DNA from: a virus
Taxonomy: Duplodnaviria > Caudoviricetes
DNA: 26,514 nucleotides
Strand: one strand, 5' to 3'
IMG/VR virus record: IMGVR_UViG_3300030095_004573
Location: 1 to 26,514 of that record
The translations under genes and the position numbers were made by a program. The notes under the pieces are model-generated. The model worked only from the letters and a program-made list of their open reading frames with translations, was not told the origin of the DNA and made no database searches. Positions 1-7,276 of this stretch are shown here, piece after piece; positions within the stretch are counted from its first letter, which is position 1, and each line of letters starts with the position of its first letter.

Positions 1-215
1 AATGTGTCGTAACTTTCGGTTAATCCATCTCCTAAATACTTAGGGATTTTGTGGCTTGGATTTGTAGCGTCAGCAGGATCTAGAGAATCAAATCTTGATT
101 TTTCTATTGCTTTATATCCAGCGGATAACTTATCAAAATCCTCAATAGTTGCTTTGCCAGATGCAACCAATCTTGCTAGAGCTTGACCAGCTCCAAATGC
201 AATTGCTTTTTCCAT
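1..215 (-). CDS. Hypothetical phage protein, truncated at window edge (MEKAIAFGAGQALARLVASGKATIEDFDK...)
   Basis: Read by hand. ATG at 215-213 overlaps the upstream stop (TAATG coupling); frame stays open to position 1. Confidence 0.8.
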   Translation of the reverse strand, partial: MEKAIAFGAGQALARLVASGKATIEDFDKLSAGYKAIEKSRFDSLDPADATNPSHKIPKYLGDGLTESYDT

Positions 216-478
216 TATTTAAGTTCTCCTTTTCTATAACGTGTTTCCAACTTGCATCTGAAGGTCATTAGTTTTCTTTCTTCTAAGTTGTATTGAGAAA
301 GGAATTGATTTTTTTCTTTTTTTGTCCAGCCCTGCAAAAGCCAAGGCTCATGAAAGATTAATGTTTTTTCTGTTTCCTTGAGTTTCTTTTGAACGTCAGA
401 GATTGTTTTTAGTTTTGGGTACTGTTCAATCATTTCGTTCATGAACTCATACTCTTTTTTTAGTTCGTCTAAATCCAT
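215..478 (-). CDS. Hypothetical phage protein
   Basis: 87-aa ORF abutting both neighbours in a tightly packed operon. Confidence 0.75.
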   Translation of the reverse strand: MDLDELKKEYEFMNEMIEQYPKLKTISDVQKKLKETEKTLIFHEPWLLQGWTKKEKNQFLSQYNLEERKLMTFRCKLETRYRKGELK

Positions 479-715
479 TTACTTATCCTCCATTTTTTTA
501 ATTTGTAGATTTATTATTTTTTCAAGCCTTGAAAACCATCCTTTTAAATATTCGTTCTCTACTGGCTCATTTGGTAATTGACTTAAAATATTTATTATTT
601 TCTCTGACATAAGATGAGCTGTTTCATTGTTGTGAATTTCACCTTCCCAAAAAAGTTCTTTAATTTGAATTTCAACGGCAAGTTCTAAAGATTTTTTGTT
701 TATATTCTCAGTCAT
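479..715 (-). CDS. Hypothetical phage protein
   Basis: 78-aa ORF, GAGG RBS-like sequence upstream, no gap to neighbours. Confidence 0.75.
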   Translation of the reverse strand: MTENINKKSLELAVEIQIKELFWEGEIHNNETAHLMSEKIINILSQLPNEPVENEYLKGWFSRLEKIINLQIKKMEDK

Positions 716-1117
716 TTACTTACCCTCCAAAACAGCTAATACACCTTTTCCTGTTAATTCAGGTTTCTTAGTTTCAGCTTCTAAATAAGGCTTTGTTGGT
801 TGAGCATTAAATTTGTGACCATGCATCATCCTATGTTCTAAGTCTGTTTTTAAGCCCCATGAATAGTTAGGCATATCGTTCTCCAACCTGAATAAATACC
901 TGAGCATGGAAACATGAACAGCTAGATCTTTTGATGGCTTTGGATCAATCAAGTATTGGTGGGATGCATAAGCCCACATCTGATCAGTGACAACATCTTT
1001 TACAAGTTCTGGAAGTGTTAGCCATAAGCAAGCTAAATCATCTGAATCAAGACTCTTTCCATAAGGTGAGATCTTATAGGTGGTTTTTAAAACCTGACTA
1101 AATACTTTTGCTTTCAT
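716..1117 (-). CDS. Hypothetical protein, possibly helicase loader/inhibitor-like
   Basis: 133-aa ORF directly downstream of an initiator-like gene. Function is inferred from position only. Confidence 0.6.
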   Translation of the reverse strand: MKAKVFSQVLKTTYKISPYGKSLDSDDLACLWLTLPELVKDVVTDQMWAYASHQYLIDPKPSKDLAVHVSMLRYLFRLENDMPNYSWGLKTDLEHRMMHGHKFNAQPTKPYLEAETKKPELTGKGVLAVLEGK

Positions 1118-1119
1118 GA

Positions 1120-1665
1120 TTAAAAAAGAGAAGGGGCATTGTCCATTGCTTCAAAATCCAATTCTTTTTCTTCTTTCCTTTTGATCGGTTTAAACGATTC
1201 GTAATTTGCCAAACTCAACGACTTCCATTTATTAGCTATTCCAAGTTTTATTTGTTCTTCTAAAATATCTGGGCCATAACTACCAAGAATTTCTAAGCAA
1301 CCTTTTTCTAATAATTGCCAAGACCTAAGATTCTTAGACCCTCCCTTACCTAACCAAAACTCAACTACTAATGACTTATGAGCTAATAATGGGCCTTTAA
1401 TAAACTCTTCTTTAAACCTCCAATTGTTAGTTTTAAGATTGTTATTGTTTTTCTTATTATCTATATGTACTATTGCACGTCCGTCAACCTCTTTGATTTC
1501 CTCTTGTAAAACGTCCTCGATAAAACGTGGAAGTGTCTTCCAAAAGTGAGGCCCAGCATCCTTTTTTTCCTTGACAGCTATTAAAAGATTCGTGTTTAAC
1601 TTGACCGGTGTTTGTTTCCTTTTGGGTTCCTTTTCGGATTCTTTTGGGGGCTTTTTGGTCATCAA
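1120..1665 (-). CDS. Putative replication initiator/replisome organiser-like protein
   Basis: N/K-rich linker (HIDNKKNNNNLKTNN) followed by a helical domain with IKLGIANKWKSL, resembling the 'SIANGWQGL'-type C-terminus of phage initiators. First gene after a sigma70 promoter. ATG at 1662 is a likely alternative start. Confidence 0.55.
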   Translation of the reverse strand: MMTKKPPKESEKEPKRKQTPVKLNTNLLIAVKEKKDAGPHFWKTLPRFIEDVLQEEIKEVDGRAIVHIDNKKNNNNLKTNNWRFKEEFIKGPLLAHKSLVVEFWLGKGGSKNLRSWQLLEKGCLEILGSYGPDILEEQIKLGIANKWKSLSLANYESFKPIKRKEEKELDFEAMDNAPSLF

Positions 1666-1685
1666 TTGGTGTCCTATTGGTTCCC

Positions 1686-1714
1686 ATTCTGCCCCAAGAA
1701 TGTGGCTATGTCAA
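1686..1714 (-). promoter_or_regulatory. Sigma70-type leftward promoter overlapped by a palindrome
   Basis: Minus strand TTGACA-17 nt-CAGAAT. CATTCT-N6-AGAATG inverted repeat (1685-1702) overlaps the -10 and spacer. Confidence 0.65.
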
Positions 1715-1784
1715 TTACTCCCCCAGAATAAATATATACAATTCTTAACCCTGTTATCATTAAGGCATCAAAGCAGGGTTCCTT

Positions 1785-1940
1785 ATGCAACTCTCCACCG
1801 AGCAAATTAAAGAAGAGCTTATTTCTTCTGGTGTTGATCCTTTTCAAATAGCAGCAGAAGCTATTGAAAGAGGTGACAGACTCTTAGCCCACATCCAAAG
1901 ACTTGAATCTACAATTCAAAAAACTTCCCTTATGAATTAA
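1785..1940 (+). CDS. Small hypothetical protein, 51 aa (MQLSTEQIKEELISSGVDPFQIAAEAIERGDRLLAHIQRLESTIQKTSLMN)
   Basis: Below the ORF-track cutoff; read by hand. Protein-like amphipathic helices; fills otherwise empty space divergent from the replication operon. Confidence 0.65.
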   Translation: MQLSTEQIKEELISSGVDPFQIAAEAIERGDRLLAHIQRLESTIQKTSLMN

Positions 1941-2160
1941 GCAATCTTTTAATCAAATAACTTTTACTATTTGTATGGGAACACTTTGCCCTTTTTGCTA
2001 ATTCTCTAGCAGTCATTCCCCTGTAAATCTCCTCCAATTGAGGATCTCTGATCTCTTTTCTTTTTGGTGATCTATAAACAAACCCCTTACCAAGTCCATC
2101 CAATATTCCTCGAATAAATTTCAATAATCGGTTTTTCTTTTTAAATATTTTTCTTCTCAT
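1930..2160 (-). CDS. Small basic protein with a Rho-N/HeH(SAP)-like C-terminal motif
   Basis: YRGMTARELAKRAK...SKSYLIKRLL fits the helix-extension-helix pattern MTxxELxxxA...KxxLI. Confidence 0.6.
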   Translation of the reverse strand: MRRKIFKKKNRLLKFIRGILDGLGKGFVYRSPKRKEIRDPQLEEIYRGMTARELAKRAKCSHTNSKSYLIKRLLNS

Positions 2161-2333
2161 TTTTCTTTCCTCATTCCTTCAATTACTTCTCTTCTTAAGT
2201 GACTAATTTTCATCTCTGTTGATCCCTGAACCATCAATAATTCATTCAGAGTCATGCCACCAATTTTCTCAATCCATTCATTGTGAAACCATTCAAGAAA
2301 GTTCCTTTCTCGTTCAAATTCTGTTTGATTCAC
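2157..2333 (-). CDS. Hypothetical protein, 58 aa (MNQTEFERERNFLEWFHNEWIEKIGGMTLNELL...)
   Basis: Read by hand. GTG start with GAGG upstream; stop overlaps the next ATG (ATGA). Confidence 0.7.
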   Translation of the reverse strand: MNQTEFERERNFLEWFHNEWIEKIGGMTLNELLMVQGSTEMKISHLRREVIEGMRKEK

Positions 2334-2426
2334 CTTTTTAACCTCACCTAATTACATGAAATATACCGTTACCGAGGCATAATTTCACTTATCCTTGTAT
2401 TCTATATTTATCTATTATTCTTCAGA

Positions 2427-2756
2427 GTGCCAAAACAAGGCAAAAAAGGAACCAAATATGAGGTCATATCTAGAGTTAATGATGTCTATGGACTATTAGC
2501 TACAGCAGCTAGTAGGCAAGAAATTATTCTCCACTGTGCAAAGAATTATAATATTTCTGAAAGGCAAGCTGACACTTACATAACAAGAGCAAGAGAACTG
2601 ATTAAAAAAGATTGTGAGTTATCAAGACCTGCTTTTTTAGCTGAGTGTTTAACCCGTTTAAGAAATTATGAAAAGGCTGCCATGAAAAGAGGTCATATTC
2701 AAGTTGCTGTTAACTCTGTCAGGCTTCAAGCTGAATTAACTGGAATTGCTTCATGA
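2427..2756 (+). CDS. terS: Terminase small subunit (HTH-containing)
   Basis: 109 aa with HTH-like SRQEIILHCAKNYNISERQADTYI; ATGA overlap with the large subunit gene. Confidence 0.75.
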   Translation: MPKQGKKGTKYEVISRVNDVYGLLATAASRQEIILHCAKNYNISERQADTYITRARELIKKDCELSRPAFLAECLTRLRNYEKAAMKRGHIQVAVNSVRLQAELTGIAS

Positions 2757-4081
2757 GTCTTTTATTAGACTCTTGCCCAGGTGGATTACTTTTAGAACCG
2801 CCGGAACCTGCAACATCAAAATTTGATTACTTAGCTTTATCTCAAAAACTATATTCAAATCTCACTGAACCACAAAAGTTGGTTTATGACGCTGGAGTTA
2901 GATTTACATATTTGTGTTCTGGAAGAAGATTTGGAAAAACTTATTTAGCTATTACCAGATTAATTAATTGGGCTATAGAAAAGCCAGGTGGCCTTTTTTA
3001 TTATGTGACTGCTACTTATCGGATGGCAAAACAGATTGCTTGGATTCAATTAAAACAGATGGTTCCAATGGAGATATTTGCATCAAAGAATGAAAGTGAT
3101 TTATCTGTAACTCTTACCAACGGTTCAACTATTTCTTTAAAAGGTGCAGAAGATCCAGACAAATTAAGAGGAGTAAGCCTTAGTGCAGTTGTTGTTGATG
3201 AGGCGGCTTATGTAAAAAGTGAAGCTTGGGAGATGGTATTAAGACCAGCTCTTTCTGATCAACAGGGGCCAGCTTGGTTTATTACTACACCAGCAGGGCT
3301 TAACTGGTTTGCAGAAGCTTGGGATGCAGCAGAAGATGAAGAGAATTGTGCAACCTTCTCATTCACAACCGTAGAAGGTGGTCATGTTTCTAAAGAAGAG
3401 GTTGAGGCAGCAAAAAGAACTTTAGATGCAAGAACTTATTCACAAGAATATGAAGCCAGCTTTGTTAATTTGGTTGGTCGTGTTGTTCCAGACTTTGATG
3501 ACAACAATATTTCTTCAGATGTTTGTGACTTAGGTGGAGAGCTTCTTGTTTTCGCAGATTTCAACGTATCTCCAATGCACTGGATTATCTGCCAAAGAGT
3601 TGGTGGTGATCAATTACATGCCTTTGATGAGATCCATATAAAAGAAACTCATACAGATGAGGCTTGCTCAGAATTACTTAGGCGTTATCCAAACAGAGAA
3701 ATAAAAGCCTTTCCTGATCCAACTGGTAATGCTCGGAAAACTTCCAGTGGAGGAATCACTGATCATGGCATCCTAAGAAATAGAGGCATCTGGGTTTATC
3801 CAAATAAAAGCCCTTATGGACAGACTGATAAAAGAAATGCTGTTAATGCAATGGTTATGGATGCAGAAGGAACAAGAAGATTCTTTATCCATCCAAGATG
3901 TAAGCAAACAATCAAATCTCTAAGGAACTTGACCTTTAAAGAAGGAACCAATATGCCTAATAAGGATTCAGGTTGGGATCATGGATGGGACGCAATTTCA
4001 TACGGGATATTAGGAGCGTTTAATAGAGTGAAACCCTGGAAATCTGGCAAAGCAAAAGCTAAGGTTGCTCAGATTTGGTGA
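2753..4081 (+). CDS. terL: Terminase large subunit
   Basis: Walker A GRRFGKT, Walker B VVVDEAA, motif III ITTP, RNase H-like nuclease acidic residues (FADFN, DHGWDA). Confidence 0.97.
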   Translation: MSLLLDSCPGGLLLEPPEPATSKFDYLALSQKLYSNLTEPQKLVYDAGVRFTYLCSGRRFGKTYLAITRLINWAIEKPGGLFYYVTATYRMAKQIAWIQLKQMVPMEIFASKNESDLSVTLTNGSTISLKGAEDPDKLRGVSLSAVVVDEAAYVKSEAWEMVLRPALSDQQGPAWFITTPAGLNWFAEAWDAAEDEENCATFSFTTVEGGHVSKEEVEAAKRTLDARTYSQEYEASFVNLVGRVVPDFDDNNISSDVCDLGGELLVFADFNVSPMHWIICQRVGGDQLHAFDEIHIKETHTDEACSELLRRYPNREIKAFPDPTGNARKTSSGGITDHGILRNRGIWVYPNKSPYGQTDKRNAVNAMVMDAEGTRRFFIHPRCKQTIKSLRNLTFKEGTNMPNKDSGWDHGWDAISYGILGAFNRVKPWKSGKAKAKVAQIW

Positions 4082-4097
4082 TGTACGGTCCTTCCCA

Positions 4098-4126
4098 TTG
4101 TGCCTAAGGAATAGAAACAGTATACT
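4098..4126 (+). promoter_or_regulatory. Sigma70-type promoter
   Basis: TTGTGC-17 nt-TATACT; predicted start near 4133. Confidence 0.65.
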
Positions 4127-4132
4127 AAGAAT

Positions 4133-4347
4133 GTAGAAAAGACAGACAAGACAAACAAAACCCTAAGTACACGGGCTGTAAGTCAAGTCAAACAACATCT
4201 AACAAGTTCATGTACCGCGCAGACTAAACCTTTTGAAATGAGTCAGGCCGCAAAAGATAAGCGTAACCTTTAATGCTACCGATCAGCCTGAAACACAATC
4301 TAGGGGCAGATCAAAATTAAGCCTCCTTTAACCAGGGGGCTTTTTTT
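4133..4347 (+). ncRNA. Candidate ~215-nt small RNA of unknown family
   Basis: Bounded by a promoter and an intrinsic terminator. Only trivial ORFs (e.g. 11 codons). Several foldable hairpins. Confidence 0.55.
4319..4347 (+). terminator. Rho-independent terminator, probably bidirectional
   Basis: AAGCCTCCT-TTAACC-AGGGGGCTT followed by a T run; sits where the terL/sRNA unit meets the int operon. Confidence 0.85.
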
Positions 4348-4513
4348 AATGCTTATTAGTTTTTTCTTTTAGCATCCCAACTTCTACTTCTAATGCATTG
4401 AGTCTTTTAAATATTTCAACAGTGAACTCTTCTTTTCTTCTCCCACTTTGGTTGGCCATCATTGCAGCGCAACTAATAACGGCTCCTAAAACAGCGGCAA
4501 TAATTTCATTCAT
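4346..4513 (-). CDS. Small membrane protein, 55 aa, one N-terminal TM helix plus coiled coil (holin-like architecture)
   Basis: Read by hand: MNEIIAAVLGAVISCAAMMANQSGRRKEEFTVEIFKRLNALEVEVGMLKEKTNKH. Start overlaps the upstream gene end; stop lies at the terminator. Confidence 0.75.
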   Translation of the reverse strand: MNEIIAAVLGAVISCAAMMANQSGRRKEEFTVEIFKRLNALEVEVGMLKEKTNKH

Positions 4514-4700
4514 TTTCTAAAAGGCTTTTCCATTTACGGTAGGTTTTTAAATCTTGTTTTAGGTTTTTGATTTTCCTATAGGTTTCCAGCTCTTGGCCTA
4601 ATCCAATAAAAAGGCCATTTGTTCTTTTGTCCAGGTGATACATCTTCTCAATCAAGAATGATCTTTCGGTATTTTCCTGAACGCTAATCTTTTTGGTCAT
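4506..4700 (-). CDS. Hypothetical phage protein
   Basis: 64-aa ORF starting 9 nt after the integrase stop. Confidence 0.7.
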   Translation of the reverse strand: MTKKISVQENTERSFLIEKMYHLDKRTNGLFIGLGQELETYRKIKNLKQDLKTYRKWKSLLENE

Positions 4701-4709
4701 TCAATAATA

Positions 4710-6023
4710 TTAATCGTCAGGAAGAATGATAGATGACATTACACGCTTTCTATATTCTTCTTTAGATACCCATTTCAGATAGTGATTCTTATGGGTTTCA
4801 ATATCGTGGCCCATTGCCAAAGCAGCCTGAGAAATATCAACGTGTTTAAATCTTGGATCTGTTGCCAGTCTTATGGCGTAAGTGTGTCTCAGGTCATAGC
4901 ACCTAATTTGTTTTTCAATCGTTTCTGGCTGATGTTGTCCTCTTGCGTCAGGAACACTAGCGGCCCATTCAGGTAAGACTTGCCTCAATCTGTCACCAAT
5001 AAATTCTCCAAGCTTTTTATTGTTCATGCAAATTCCCTGATCAGTTGGATCTTTTGAATCCCAATCTTTTGATGGATCATGTTGGCTAACTATTTTGGGT
5101 TTTGCTATTTCATGCAATTGTTTTTGGCATTCTTCAAATCTGTTCTTTAGGCCATAGCGCACAATCCAGGATTTATATAAAGGGAAGACCCAATGCTCAT
5201 ATTTAGATTTTGTTCTCCAATAGCCAGGGACATAAACCCAACCAAATTGAATACCTTCTTCTTTGTTTTCTTCTGTGATATTAGAAACCCAATGAAGCTC
5301 ATGATTCCTCAATCCGTAATTCATAAGCATGGCCAAACACCATTGCTCTAGTTTGTATTTAGGCCATAAGTTGTCCAAATATTTTTCAGCTTCCTCTTGA
5401 GTTGGGATTCCTCTAATTTCAACTTTCTTTCCGCTGGTTAATTTGTTTTGGCTGTTAATCCTTTCATTGTGGAGATTTCTAAGGTCTTGATATTGCTTTT
5501 CTGTTAGCCAAGTAGGTTCCTGATTTTTATTATCTGCTTTTTTTAGAGCCTTAATTATTTGCTTGATAGTATCTAATCTATTTCTGCAAGCACTAGACCC
5601 AAGCTTTTTAATTGTTACCCAGTTCTGTATAGCATCAAAATTTCTAGGAATATCATTTCTTTTTAAGTCATTCAATCCAGCCCAAAGGTTAACGGTTGAA
5701 CCTTCTTTCATTCTTAAAGGCCAATCATCCTTGCAAGCTTTTTCTATTTCTGCCCATGAAGGGAGAATTGTTTTTGTAGTTTCTTTTTTGTCAGTTGTTA
5801 CTCCTGCCCATTCTTTTTGGTCAGTAAGAATGCAGGCATCAAAAACTTTATTTATATCAATAGGATTATCAGTTCTTAATGGCTTACATGAAATCCTTGT
5901 TTTGGCTATTTGATCTCGAACATATATGAAAGGAGACTTGGAATCTTTGTCTAATCTCCATCTTGTTCCAGCTCTTTTTAGATCTTTTTTGTATTCAGGC
6001 CAAGTTCTAAGAATTAAGGCCAT
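4710..6023 (-). CDS. int: Tyrosine recombinase (integrase)
   Basis: Catalytic R (YGLRNHEL), K (RTKSK), HxxxxR (LRHTYAIR), H (MGH), Y (NHYLKW); adjacent to attP. Start set at ATG 6023 (MALILR) because the longer ORF start at 6074 runs through the att repeats. Confidence 0.93.
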   Translation of the reverse strand: MALILRTWPEYKKDLKRAGTRWRLDKDSKSPFIYVRDQIAKTRISCKPLRTDNPIDINKVFDACILTDQKEWAGVTTDKKETTKTILPSWAEIEKACKDDWPLRMKEGSTVNLWAGLNDLKRNDIPRNFDAIQNWVTIKKLGSSACRNRLDTIKQIIKALKKADNKNQEPTWLTEKQYQDLRNLHNERINSQNKLTSGKKVEIRGIPTQEEAEKYLDNLWPKYKLEQWCLAMLMNYGLRNHELHWVSNITEENKEEGIQFGWVYVPGYWRTKSKYEHWVFPLYKSWIVRYGLKNRFEECQKQLHEIAKPKIVSQHDPSKDWDSKDPTDQGICMNNKKLGEFIGDRLRQVLPEWAASVPDARGQHQPETIEKQIRCYDLRHTYAIRLATDPRFKHVDISQAALAMGHDIETHKNHYLKWVSKEEYRKRVMSSIILPDD

Positions 6024-6026
6024 TTT

Positions 6027-6052
6027 AAAACTCGTAAAAAACTCGTAAAAAA
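6027..6052 (+). repeat. Left arm-type tandem repeat (CTCGTAAAAAA x2), putative Int arm-binding sites
   Basis: AAAACTCGTAAAAAACTCGTAAAAAA; the same tandem recurs in direct orientation at 6272-6291. Confidence 0.75.
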
Positions 6053-6056
6053 TCTC

Positions 6057-6090
6057 CCCAAGTATACCCATCATTACCCAACTTAACCCA
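6057..6090 (+). repeat. 10-bp-phased (A)CCCA repeats
   Basis: CCCA ends at 6060, 6070, 6080 and 6090. Confidence 0.65.
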
Positions 6091-6143
6091 ACTATTAAGC
6101 ACAGTTGAGGACAAGTTATTTCTTGAAATCCCTTTGAGGCATT

Positions 6144-6164
6144 AAAAAAGCCCCTGAGGGCTTT
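6144..6164 (-). terminator. Intrinsic terminator downstream of the tRNA 3' fragment
   Basis: Minus strand AAAGCCC-TCAG-GGGCTTTTTT, 10 nt after the CCA end. Confidence 0.8.
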
Positions 6165-6174
6165 GGTTTTTATT

Positions 6175-6224
6175 TGGTGGCGGGGGCAAGATTTGAACTT
6201 GCGACCTTCGGGTTATGAGTCCGA
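6175..6224 (-). other. attP: attP core: 3' half of initiator tRNA-Met(CAT), not a complete tRNA
   Basis: Minus strand TCGGACTCATAACCCGAAGGTCGCAAGTTCAAATCTTGCCCCCGCCACCA gives anticodon loop CTCATAA, T-arm (GCAAG-TTCAAAT-CTTGC), acceptor 3' strand and CCA. No D-arm or 5' half. Confidence 0.92.
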
Positions 6225-6271
6225 ACTTTATTTCTGTAATCCTTTGGTATCATTAGGGTAGGTTTTGGCTT

Positions 6272-6291
6272 TCGTAAAAAACTCGTAAAAA
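6272..6291 (+). repeat. Right arm-type tandem repeat, putative Int arm-binding sites
   Basis: TCGTAAAAAACTCGTAAAAA, identical to 6032-6051; runs into the ATG at 6291. Confidence 0.75.
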
Positions 6292-6752
6292 TGGCTTTAA
6301 AAGATTGGGTGCCTCAGGTCAGGAAAGCTTTAGATCAAGCATTGACTGATCATATCGCTCTAACACAGGGAAAGCTATCTCAAGCAAACCCAAAAGATAC
6401 TGGCCGTATGGCTTCAAGTTGGTTTGTTGGAAAAGATCAACCTGATCTACAAACAAGGGATGAAAATTGGGGTAAACCTGCAAAAAGAAAATACCCAGGT
6501 GGTGTTGGAACTGAAGGAGTAATTGTTGAACCTGGAGTAATGAAATTAGATATTCCTTATTACCAAAAGAAAATTACTTCTGATTCTGATTGGTACATTT
6601 CTAATAATCTTCCATATGCTCAAAGAGTTGCATATGATCCTGTTTATGCAAAAGGAGCTCCAGGGGGTGTTGCATGGTTTACAACAATTGCAACACAACA
6701 AAAAAACGATTTAAAAAAACGCATTCTTAAAGAACTAGGAAAAATCAAATGA
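6291..6752 (+). CDS. Neck/tail-completion protein (HK97 gp10-like)
   Basis: PKDTGRMASSW and YISNNLPYA motifs typical of gp10-like proteins; upstream of terminator and tube genes. Confidence 0.8.
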   Translation: MALKDWVPQVRKALDQALTDHIALTQGKLSQANPKDTGRMASSWFVGKDQPDLQTRDENWGKPAKRKYPGGVGTEGVIVEPGVMKLDIPYYQKKITSDSDWYISNNLPYAQRVAYDPVYAKGAPGGVAWFTTIATQQKNDLKKRILKELGKIK

Positions 6753-7177
6753 GTTTACAAACAATTAGATCTTTATTTGAGAGAAAAATGACAACAGCTT
6801 TTGCTGGTCTTTCTCCATCTGTTCCCGTGATGTATGACAACGTTCAGGAGGAACCCCCAGGAGGAGCAAATACAGAATACGTTCAATTAATTGTTAGTTT
6901 TCCATCTATAAGTGAGCCAGTTGTAACAAAAGCAGAAAGTGGAATTGAAGTCATTAGGGGAAGCGTTCAGGTTAGTTGTTACGGACCAAAAGCAAAAGGA
7001 ATGAAAAGATTAGAAGAAATGGCAGTCTTAGCAGCCTCAACTTTGAACACATTAAAAACAGAAGATACAACGATTAGAGCAAGCGTTGGAGAAATTAGTG
7101 GACCTATACCAGTAATCAATTCAAACAATCCACTTGCATTGGTTACTATTTCAGCTCCATTTATTGCAAAAGGTTAA
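6749..7177 (+). CDS. Tail terminator protein
   Basis: 142 aa with VMYDN and GSVQVSCYGPKAKG pattern; lies between the gp10-like gene and the tail tube. Confidence 0.75.
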   Translation: MSLQTIRSLFERKMTTAFAGLSPSVPVMYDNVQEEPPGGANTEYVQLIVSFPSISEPVVTKAESGIEVIRGSVQVSCYGPKAKGMKRLEEMAVLAASTLNTLKTEDTTIRASVGEISGPIPVINSNNPLALVTISAPFIAKG

Positions 7178-7276
7178 GCCTCCTTAGGGTTAATATAATG
7201 ATATTGGTTAGCCCTAGCCAAAGCCCCAAGCCCCAAAAGAAACGCCCTCAAATTGTTTTTTATTAGGTAAATTCAA

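Noticed and set aside
1484-1810. ORFs 1484-1687(-) and 1571-1810(+)
   Set aside because: They overlap the initiator-like gene and promoter; the 1785-1940 ORF explains the region better.
4146-4164. Gapped complementarity of the candidate sRNA 5' end to AGGGTTTTGTCTTGT near 15450 in the tip gene
   Set aside because: Low-complexity, needs a 4-nt bulge and lies mid-CDS; likely chance.
4238-4273. 11-codon ORF MSQAAKDKRNL or a tmRNA-like tag in the candidate sRNA
   Set aside because: No RBS, no tRNA-like domain, no Ala-Ala tag ending.
4782-5913. Plus-strand ORFs within int
   Set aside because: Antisense to a gene with intact catalytic motifs; no recognisable features.
6024-6074. N-terminal 17-aa extension of integrase in the ORF track
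   Set aside because: It translates the att repeats (FYEFFTSF); ATG 6023 is more plausible, though untested.
6175-6250. Complete tRNA-Met gene
   Set aside because: No D-arm or 5' acceptor strand beyond 6224; it is an attP fragment.
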